DNA from: Iphione sp. A-MEVVRFRX5
Taxonomy: Eukaryota
Direction of reading: 5' to 3'
DNA: 64,000 bases
NCBI GenBank assembly: GCA_976226885.1
Contig: OZ320318.1
Span: forward strand, 81,344,001-81,408,000
Position 1 is the first letter of the stretch; each line of letters starts with the position of its first letter. The notes beneath the pieces were generated by a model. That model made no database searches. It had not been told where the DNA came from and saw only the letters and a program-made list of their open reading frames with translations. The translations under genes were made by a program, and so were the position numbers. Below are positions 49,758 to 59,900 of the stretch, one piece after another.

Positions 49758-52446
49758 TTTGAATTTGAATTTGAATTTGAATTTTATTCAACCATAATCT
49801 CCGTAGGTGTACAAAGTTATCCATGGTCGAAAACAATTGAAAGGAAGAAAACGACATACAAGTAGGAATATGGCACACATGAACATAACATATGAACACA
49901 GGACAAATGTATACAATGGACAGGCAGACAGTCTATACATTCAAGTGCATGTCACAGTTACAACCAGACTAGGGGTACACACAGAAAAACAACCAGCACA
50001 CATTGGGACATTTTAAGGAAGGAGACACACAAAGAGGAACATGACACACGTGTGAGGACATATAATTACAGATTGGGATATTGCTATATCATGTGCTGGC
50101 AGAAAATTTACATAATCTTGTGCACTGCACGGTTTGAGTCAGACTAGTGTAACACGCAGAGAAGCATACCAGATACAGACAACTAGCACCAACCACAGCG
50201 CTGGACGGATATTGACAAGTATACACCTTGGGTACAGCACATAGCACAGTAGACAGACGACAAGTATATATACACGACTCAACAATGACATAATCGACAG
50301 TGACCCATGCAAGCATAGTCCCTAGTCGCAGGCAAACGTTCATCCCTTGCTGTCATAGTAAGAGTAATCTGGTAACATCATGCAATTGGAGTCTTATGAG
50401 TGTCAAACTCGGCATACACTCTCATGTGATCTTTATGTACATACCCAATACTGGCTATCTGTCATCTGGTCACTGTACTATTAGTAAGCAGCTGTCATCG
50501 ATATACCACCCTCGTTTCACCTGCCTACCAGCCTCTTTTGAGAGATGCGACCCTCAGGAGAGTATCAGATGGTCAAGTCCCTTTACCCATCCTAGTGTGC
50601 TGTGTCAAACATACGACAGCAGACTAGTCCAGCATGGTCATACCGCTTGAGGCACCTGCTCACGCAGCGGTTAGCTGGGCTTTTCAACGATAACCAGTCT
50701 CAGGACGACTAAGTCCCCGTTGGGGGGTGGGGGCTGGCCAACCAGTAAACCACTGTTGTACCCCTCTTGTCACAAGGGGCTGCTACAAGATTAACTCAGA
50801 CTGCTCTAGCAGCCGATCAGCTAAGTATTAGAAGCTGGATAATAACCGCTGACAATAAGCTTTCAGTTAAGTCATACTGGATGCCGGCATTCCCGTTCAA
50901 TCTCATCCCAAGTACTCTTTGTTGGGTTGCGAATACGCTTTAGCCGTGTTGGAAGAGCGTTCCAGACTGAGACAGCACCATACCTCAGGCTTTTAGCGAA
51001 TCTCAAACTCTTCGGTCGAGAGACTCTGATCCGGTGAGACGTACCAATCCTGGTGCGTGTTGGGGTGACACTGGGGAGCAGGTTTAAGTGTACCTGCCGA
51101 TGGATGGCGGCAATTGCCTTCCTACGTACCATCCCCTGTACACGCTCAACTTTAAATCTTTCAGATAGCTGCTTGGCAGAGAGTCGCTTGTTCAGAATTA
51201 CTGCCACTCGCATGCAGCGGTTCATGTGAACCTGTAGCCTGCATATGTCACCACTGGTCACACCATACAGCAGAACAGCAGCATAGGATAGATGGGGCAG
51301 TACTAGGGCTTTGAACAGACGAACTCGCATCTCCAGTGGAAGCAGGGATTTGACTCTACCTAACTTAAGTGCTGCCACCCAAGTTTTCGACTTGATGTCC
51401 TTGATAAGCGCACGGAATGTAAGCTGTGAGTCGATAGTATAACCCAGCAGCTTCATTTTTGGGACTACTTCCAGAGTGGTGCCCTCAAGTCTGATGTCTA
51501 AAGGCGTGTCCATGGCCTTCCCTAATACCATATAAGCGCATTTGTTTACGCTTAACAAGAGCCCAGATTCCATACACCAATTGGACACACGCTCAGCTGC
51601 TAGCTGGGTGATCTGTCGGAGTCTTAGGAGGTCTGGTGCAGAGGTGACTACCGTGAGGTCGTCAGCATACATCGTAAGTTCGGCTCCACGTGGCAGTCTG
51701 CTGACGACTTCGTCAATGACGATGGAGAAGGCGCTCGGTCCAAAGACCGAGCCCTGTGGGACGCCATGATTTACTTTTTGAAGGCTAGATGACACCCCGT
51801 TGCAAGACACATATTGCTTGCGATTATCAAAGTAATTGGCAACAAGACGACGAATACCAATACTAGCTCCAGCAGATTCCAATCGCCACAAAACACCCAC
51901 CGACGGTACAAGGTCAAAGGCTTTGCGAAGGTCTAGCGCTAACAAACAGCAGTATTGCCCCGCATTCAAGCTCTCCTGAACCTTACAGACTAGGTTAACA
52001 ATTGCAGTCTCAGTACTCCGACCAGCACGGAAGCCGTGCTGCTCGTTTCCCAAGAACTCCATCCCCTCGAGCTTCCGCATTAGTTCCCCAACATACCATG
52101 ACTCAAATACCTTCCCCGGCAGGGGAAGGATTGAGACGGGGCGATAGTTCCCAAGCTCTTCCCTGTCGCCCTTCTTGAACACGGGAGTAACCCGGGCAAC
52201 CTTCCAGAGGTCAGGGTATACCCCAGTCTGTATGATCTGAGAGAATAATCTCGATAGGAGGTCTAGTTCAAGAAGAAGAAGGGGCTTCAGGATTATAGTT
52301 GGTAGATTTGCAATACCAGATGCTTTCGTCAAACTCTGTTTCTTGACAAACGGTCTTAATGTCTCTGGCGTGGGAGGCAGGATGTCAAAGTGAGGCATCC
52401 TACCCTTTGTAACCCAGCCATTCCATTTCATCTCCGTAAGAATCAT
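49758..52446 (-). mobile_element. 5'-truncated non-LTR retrotransposon (CR1/L2-group LINE) with ~1.1 kb 3'UTR and (ATTCAA)n tail
   Basis: Uninterrupted RT ORF at 50872-52446. AATAAA at 49788-49783 is followed by (ATTCAA)x4 on the minus strand. No endonuclease domain is present, so the copy is 5'-truncated. The 5' boundary is approximate and no TSD was found. Confidence 0.88.
50872..52446 (-). CDS. LINE ORF2 fragment: reverse transcriptase and C-terminal region (524 aa)
   Basis: Motifs WKVARVTPVFKKG, YRPVSIL, QHGFRAGRST, LDLRKAFD, GVPQGSVFGP, YADD and LGYTIDSQLTF, plus the C-terminal VWNALP typical of CR1/L2-group elements. Confidence 0.95.
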   Translation of the reverse strand: MILTEMKWNGWVTKGRMPHFDILPPTPETLRPFVKKQSLTKASGIANLPTIILKPLLLLELDLLSRLFSQIIQTGVYPDLWKVARVTPVFKKGDREELGNYRPVSILPLPGKVFESWYVGELMRKLEGMEFLGNEQHGFRAGRSTETAIVNLVCKVQESLNAGQYCCLLALDLRKAFDLVPSVGVLWRLESAGASIGIRRLVANYFDNRKQYVSCNGVSSSLQKVNHGVPQGSVFGPSAFSIVIDEVVSRLPRGAELTMYADDLTVVTSAPDLLRLRQITQLAAERVSNWCMESGLLLSVNKCAYMVLGKAMDTPLDIRLEGTTLEVVPKMKLLGYTIDSQLTFRALIKDIKSKTWVAALKLGRVKSLLPLEMRVRLFKALVLPHLSYAAVLLYGVTSGDICRLQVHMNRCMRVAVILNKRLSAKQLSERFKVERVQGMVRRKAIAAIHRQVHLNLLPSVTPTRTRIGTSHRIRVSRPKSLRFAKSLRYGAVSVWNALPTRLKRIRNPTKSTWDEIERECRHPV

Positions 52447-52613
52447 CGACCCGGTCAGCTTTTGTATTATTAGCAGTAGTAATTATCAATAGAATTATTA
52501 AAGGGAAGACATGTTTATGTCCGGAATAGGTCAATATTTAAACAAAGATTACAAGAGGATATACCTCCTGCTTTATGGATGAGCCTATCACGACGGTGGC
52601 CTCTTTACACCTG

Positions 52614-52627
52614 CTGCCATCTAGTGG
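52614..52627 (-). promoter_or_regulatory. CTCF-like motif
   Basis: The reverse complement CCACTAGATGGCAG fits the CCASYAGRKGGCRS consensus. Confidence 0.45.
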
Positions 52628-52730
52628 AACTTATTTCCTTTCAGAAAAAAAATATATCAAACAGATGGGTCATGGTGGCCATATAAGACATGCCTCCTTT
52701 GTATCCCCCACCCCCTCCCTGGAAACAGCA

Positions 52731-52842
52731 GTTAAGTTCAGTTTTTGAGTTGTCCATATGATTAACGCCTAAAGTCAAGGACCAATAGGCCCTAGGCTGA
52801 AGACGATAATCATATGGACAACACTCAAAACCTTAACTTAAC
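52731..52842. repeat. Foldback/inverted repeat with ~35-bp imperfect arms
   Basis: gttaagttcagtttttgagttgtccatatgatta pairs with taatcatatggacaacactcaaaaccttaacttaac; the loop is ~43 nt. Confidence 0.75.
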
Positions 52843-54375
52843 CGTCGTTCTGACAACGAGCATAATTATCTGTATTTAATTCAGTGTTTTAGACATAAAA
52901 ATGAATATCATTCTAAATATGAAATCACCGCCAGGCTTCAGTCCCGAGACTCATGCCCCGCTTGAGTCCACTGCTCTCCATAGGCAAAGGTCATGACGCA
53001 AGTGTTTAAACTGCCTACTCAAGACTGATGATTCGCCAGCAGCACTCATACTTGAGGCATGGCAACGACAGGCAGACGAAATCATAATGTTTTATTGTGT
53101 TTCACGTCTGACTCCGTTCTTGTAAGATTTACACAAACACTATATTTAATACACATCATTTGACTTGGTGCTGTTTTGAGACTGGCCAGTTGATAATGAA
53201 CACTAACATATGGTTGCATTACTAAAGTGTAGATCTGGACGGGGAAAATTCAACTGAAGCAGGAAACAGCACCGCCGCCTACTGAGTAGTCGTACTATTT
53301 GTGTAGCGATGTAATAGAGTTAATTTCTGCCCGTCTTACCTGCCACCTTTTTAAACAAAAACGGATCCGTAGTTTTCACCCAGCAAGCAGTAACCCAATT
53401 CAAGGCAAAACCATACTGATGGTTAATCAAAGATTTACACAAGAACACAGTCCACTTTTAAGTTAAACTTTATTACCTCACTTCAAGCAGCGACTGTATA
53501 ATTCAAGAACCACAACACCTGTGTCCAGAGAACCGTTCCATACATCATAGCACCTTCCCTTGTATCTAGTTGGCTTTTCTAGGGCCTTGTCACAGAGAAA
53601 AAAAATAGGACTACTCTCACAACCAACTATACTTTTGCACTATAAAAAGTAAATCTACCTGACGAACAATTTACCACATAAAATACTGATTCATTCAGGG
53701 CCAAGCTGCATTCACATAACGTTTGCCGAGACAAAAACCTCACACACACCTTCTGTCAGGTGCAAAAGTCAAATACTTCCGGACGTCCCTGCTTAGCGTT
53801 GGATATCAAAATCTTGACAACTAAAGACGTTGATTAAGAAAATCGTCTAAATTGGGCTATTGACGCACTTTTATATTTGTCTCATGGAAATCTGTTGTCA
53901 GAAATGACACATTTTAGGACATGAGTCTGAAGAAATGGTGTCTTCTGAGTACATGGCAATACTGAAATTATGCATATTCACTTTGCCACACAACACTTCC
54001 ACCTGATTAGCACATTCATGACAAATAATGGCCATTTGTTATCGGTCATTTTCGAAGCCACTTTCAAAGGGGATAGGTTACAAAAGTGATCAATCATATA
54101 TTGATTCTATACTTGAAAAGGTGGCAACACGTGCAGCATATAACATCAGAACCAGGCACACAATACCCACATAGAATACATGTACAGGACAGCAGCCCTG
54201 CCAAAAAATTGAGTCTGTGACTAATTATCTCTCTGGATAGAAGCAAAAAAAACTGAAGACACCAAGTGACATTCAGATCAGGTTACGTACTGCATCTGCT
54301 GGGAGAGAAGAGCAACAGGTGTTTTTGTTCAGTCCAAGCAAGAAATTCGTTAAAAAAGAGGCCTGCATTAAAAAA

Positions 54376-55225
54376 TGATACCTATGACTTTACTTTGGTG
54401 ATAAGGTTGGTCAGGCCTTTAAGAATCCCTTGATCACATGTTGGACAAGAATTAGGACCTCAATACCCTGGACTATTGGATAGGCAGCTCTGTGACCTTA
54501 CCCATACCTTTTGTTTGACCGGTCTATGACCTGTCAATGACTACTCGAAGGTAGGTCCGTGACACTGTTCGTGTTTAGTCGGGTTTATGGCCCCACTCTG
54601 GCCAAAGGATGGTACTTTCATGACTCTGCCTTCGTTTTTGGTGTGTCAGTCTGTCGACCTACCTTGACCTCTGATGGAGCGGGCCGGTGATCTCACTTTG
54701 AATTTTCAAGCCTGAAGAAGTCGCTGAGTGAGCAACGAAACGTTGCAGTGCATTGTACATCATAGTCACAAACAAGTCTCAGGACTTGGAACATCTTGTC
54801 TTGTCTGTAGGTGGGCCAGGCCTATGAGGGTACTGACTGGGAAGTCTTCTGATATACATTTACTGTAGGTGGATGAGCCGGGCGACAACATTCTACGGAG
54901 TGGGCGGTCTTGTGGACATTACAGTGGTTACTGATGATACAGGCCAACGACTTATCCCTTATGTGCAGGCAGTCTTGTAGCATCACCTCGGTTAAAGATG
55001 GCGTAGGCTCATCACTTTACACAACGGGCAGTTTTGCACGATTACCTTGAATGCTTGTGGTAAAGGCCTATGACGATTCTACTGAGCAGACAATTTAGTA
55101 GTCGGTGGGACAGGCATATATGACTTTACTTAACGGTCAGGCCTATGACCTTAACCCTGACCACTCATGAGATAGGCCTATGACCTTACTCAACTGAATG
55201 GATACGCCCATGACCTTAACCTGAC
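54376..55225 (+). repeat. Degenerate minisatellite with core aggcctatgacctt
   Basis: The core or variants recur at irregular ~30-65 bp spacing, best preserved at 55060-55225. Confidence 0.65.
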
Positions 55226-56790
55226 TATGGCTGGGTCCGGGACATAACCGTTACTTAAATGACTGATTAGATTATGCTGACGTTAATGGTATCAAGAAGT
55301 AAACACACAAATCTATCACAATATAATCGACACCAGATCACCACTGAAATGTTGGGATCGTGTCTATGAGGTTTTCTGATTACTGTACAATGTTTCTCAC
55401 CTCCCTGTGAAGTTGACCCCCTCCACTCCAAATCTTTGGTTCAAAAGGACCGAAACGTAACGTCTGATGACTGAAGTGTTAACGGAGGAGGGGGGGGGGA
55501 GGGATGTCCCCATACTTCAATTCTCAGTTGCATAAGAAACTCGCAATTAAGACCAAGCACTGGACTGGCCAACATTGGTCTCTCTCTCGGACTACTCTCT
55601 TCAGAGGATTGGTGATATAATACAAACACACAGTTGATGCTTGAAGGTTGTGGTGACTTTCATGGTTTGGTCTCCTACATGGGTTGGTCTTTTTAAGTGT
55701 GTCCCTACTTTTTCCATGTGCCACCAAAGATCAGGAGGAACAGGGGTGAAAAGGTAAGCATGGTAGAAACTGGCTTGTCGGTTAACACTGTTTATGCAAA
55801 ATCCTTTCATATGTAACCTTTTATTTTTCAGCCCACTCAAAACATCCTTCAATATGGGGTACAGTTCAGCCCTTTCTTTTTCAGGCTGAGTAACCAAGTC
55901 TGTGCATTATGGTCATCCAAAGTCTCTCATCATCCGACTTATTGTACAGTCGGTATTTAAAGTCATTACCGCACGTTGTTTTTGTGCGGTCAGCGAGAAC
56001 TAGACGAAGTTGAGTCATCTTACAATACCAAGACGAAGCAGGTGAAATCAGTTCGGAAATCCCATATGTATTTGTAGATACTGAGTGTGCAGATATCAAG
56101 TCTTGACTATTTACCTGTTATACAAACAGGATTTAGTTAACATGGACTGGCTGTATTTAGTATGTAAAGATTTTCTCATGTAGGGGATGTTGTCTGACTA
56201 ACATGTCCTGGATGACCCTTGGTTTTATTGAATGCAAAGTTGTACATGACTTTTCAGTCCCCTAAAACCTGCCCTATTCTCAGGGTGACACCTTGTGTCC
56301 ATCGCTGGTACTAAGCCTGACATTGATGGCAAGGGTAAGAAACATCCCGTGAGATGAAAATGAACCTTAAGTCGACCAATGATAAACATATCCTATTAAA
56401 CGCGTGGGCTGAGTTGTACTGTATCTTGTGGCTAGAAGAAGTCAAATGCAGTCTTCCTGGAAAGTCTATTAAGTCTGGGTCCCAGTGTTGTTAGCCAGGC
56501 AAGACTTACAAGAGCACACGCCCTTCTCTGGGTAAATGCTTCTCCGTTGAGAATAATTCGTGAGGTAACCAAATTCACAACACTCTTGTGTTCACAATCA
56601 ACAAGTAATTCTTACTTAATCAACAACCCGCTGCCAGGGGTAACAATAGTTTACCCTTCCTTTCCCGAATCTATATCATTCTATGAACGCTGCAACATCT
56701 ACGCATAAATATTCTATTTCCGCCCTCGGAGTCCTACGTTGTATAATCTTACTGGCATTTTCAAATTGTTACATGTCCTCGCGCCTGTTG

Positions 56791-56970
56791 TCAATACTGG
56801 TGTACTTTGTTGGTGAAGTTTGAGAGGTTGGTAAAGCGGTATTTGTTCTGCAGCACAAACTCCAGGTTGGACATCCACCCTGACCGGATTATCTTCTGGC
56901 GTATGATATGTGAAACCGTCCAGATGTTTCCGGTGAAGAGGATGAGGAAAATAATGGCCAGGACAAGAAC
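56791..56970 (-). CDS. TMEM120: TMEM120 terminal exon: [26 protein letters not shown]...KVHQY*
   Basis: Minus strand ttcctcctgcag|GTT; last TM helix; TGA at 56793-56791. Confidence 0.93.
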   Translation of the reverse strand, partial: VLVLAIIFLILFTGNIWTVSHIIRQKIIRSGWMSNLEFVLQNKYRFTNLSNFTNKVHQY

Positions 56971-59900
56971 CTGCAGGAGGAAGAAATACAAATATGAAAA
57001 AGACAAAAAAATATTAAATACATGTATTGGTTTCACCTACTCTTAGCATACCAGCACGCTCACTATACGAAAATGTGCGACTCGCATATGGATTTAACTG
57101 ACACCAGTTGTGTGTTAAGTATAGAAATAAGAACTGATATCCAGGTTAACTCGATTTTTGAACAAAAATACATGCAACAGAGACCATTTAGAAAACAAGT
57201 CTTGACTTGTCTGATTGTATGAGAATGGTGGGAAAAGTACTGTGAACATAGCCGAGTTGTTGGCACTCAGAAGACAGCAAAAAGACAGGAGGGTATCACA
57301 TTACGAACCTAGCAACCGAAGCGAAATAACACATGGGGTAAAATGTATACAGGCGAAAAACTTCTTCATTGTTGAGTCCTTGCCAAAAGAAGTATTTTTT
57401 CCCCGTATTCCATAACATAGTTTGAAATATATTTTGTGGAAATTTCTTAGATTGTATACATCTAGACTACAGCAAGTACAAAACATGTCCTAAGGACGGT
57501 AAACTGTTGCTTTTAAGACCACCTCTGGGACTTCAAAAAAAAAACTCTGGTATCTGTTGCGGTCTGGTCTCCTCTGTGATCTAATTTTTTACAGTCCTTA
57601 ATGTATGCGTTTGGTTTTGTCAATAGCTCGTTTCTCTCCTAGCTGGTTGCCTCTGTGATCTCGTCTTTAACTGAGAGTTGACTCTCTTTATAGACACAGT
57701 GAGTGACAACTGCGATGAACTAGAATAGCAAATGCACTCTTTCTTACCTGCCACTCAACACAGCGGTCATCTCGCGACAACCAGAAGAGGATATATGCAT
57801 TGTATAACTGGAAAATCTGGAAATACATAAGGAGGTATTTCACGTATATAGTTAGTAGGCATCATCAATAGGAACACTTCAGCCGTGAGGAAATCTCACT
57901 AATGTGGGTCCCTCAAATGACTAAGAGGAGCACCCAACTGACGAAGGCATCAGAAAAACAGGGACGCCTTATTGATGAGGGTATCTCACTCAAGTCACCT
58001 TCTTTAGTATTGGAAAAAGACTTTCATTCGTACTTCCCTTACGACGGGGGACAGCATTCATAATGTTGCCTGGTGGGAAGTCGGTATGAATATCACAACT
58101 TTCCCTTATTTGTTAAATTCTTATTTAGTTGTTGTGGATTGACGGTATAGTGATGATGTTAAATGAACTTGTAGATACCACTGACTGATCCTGATCTAGT
58201 TTGATCTTTGAAGCCCTAACCACACGTTAACCACACATAAACCAAGCAAAGGCCAAACTTCAGCTAAGACTGAAGATCCAACCTTTGGATTTAGAAATGC
58301 ACTTAACCCAAGCACTACTGCATCGAAGGAAGACTTTGTACTACTCTTCACCTCAAAGATCAGTTTATCAATTCGTATACATACGATCTGGGTTATGTTC
58401 ACAGGGGCCGTAGTATCTACGACTAAGCACGTCGTCTAACAATCTTTTGGTCTGAGTAACAAATGAGTTTCATTTGCAAAATGCTTTTCTTCATTACAAA
58501 AAAAATTCCCACTGACTTCCTTCACTAAAACTATATATATTATGATCAAACCTCTTGGATGTTTGTAAAGTAATAAGCCAGGGTGCAGCTATGCCGAAAC
58601 ATGTACATGTACATGGATGTAGGTGCATACAAATCGTTTCACCTCCAGGTGGCAGCAGCTGCAGCTATATCTTCCTCAATACCCGAATGCAGCGAGCATA
58701 CTGGACAGTTAACAGCTTGGGAGAGCCCATTTGTCGCTCAGCTTTTCAACACTGAGTTAGAGTCGGCGTGAATGGAAACATGGTAACAACCCTCCGCTTA
58801 TCTTGTAGAGCAAAAAGCTGGGACTTTAGCACGGAATGCCAGGAAATTTTTGCTTCTTCATCTGGATGGAATCCATGCTACCCTTTCAGTGGTTTAGTCA
58901 GTACTATGTCAAATGGTTGCTTCGCTTATCCGTACATGATTATCAGAGAGAACAACAAAGACAAGAAACTGTTTCGGCTGCGTCGGTACTGTAAGAGAGA
59001 AGCAGCACGTGGATGCAACCATTTGCTACTTACCACATCGTCTACAACATCATACTACAGTGGGGACACTACACAAATACTCACTGGAACTGACACCTAC
59101 TCACCAAGGGATACTGTACTACATACAGCATGGCCATTTGTTATAGTCAGCATTAGAAAGGCCTCGTAATATCGGGCTTAACAGCAATATGCAGTTTTGT
59201 GAAATAAGATCTTTTAGTGAACATGTATAGCGTAATGATATAAGACTGGAGGTTACAACATACTGAAGTACAAGCTGCCTTTTGTGTACTGCACAGGGGG
59301 AGCCAGAACAACATTCACTGATAAAGAAAGGATACGTTGCCATCTCTTGGAGATGTGACCGACGGTGACTTTGTTAAATAATAGAATAACAATGTAGTGA
59401 AGATAGAAGGGTGTACTAGAATCCCACGCACTTGGACCCAGGAGACGGAGTCAGAGCTTTATCGATAGTTTGGACCCCTACAGTAGAATTCACAGTTCCA
59501 ATTTCATTGATGTGGACTGAAAAAATGTTGAGGGATTAATTAAATCCCTACCGCTCAGTAAAGCGTTGCTCCGTTCCAAGCTAAACTTGCTTCACCACAG
59601 ATGTGTGGTCTCTGTTCTTGACATCAGCAATAAACACCAGGATTAGAAAAACCTTATGTGAGTGGTTTCCATTGATGTACTTTGTTATACATTACACAAA
59701 GGTTCACTCTATTAACAGACATTCCATGCGGGATATACATGTAATACAGTGCGACCATGACACAAATGCTGGCAGTATGGACAGCCACTTTATGAGGGAT
59801 ATCGTATGATAGTGAGGCAATTACACAAAAGCTGACTGCATCTACATGTACATGTCTTAACGAGTTATATTATACTACAGTGGAGGCAGTGAGCTTGTAT

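Noticed and set aside
55601-56099. Two adjacent minus-strand ORFs (72 and 98 aa) as a transposase remnant
   Set aside because: No recognisable catalytic motif, and they lie in the presumptive TMEM120 3'UTR.
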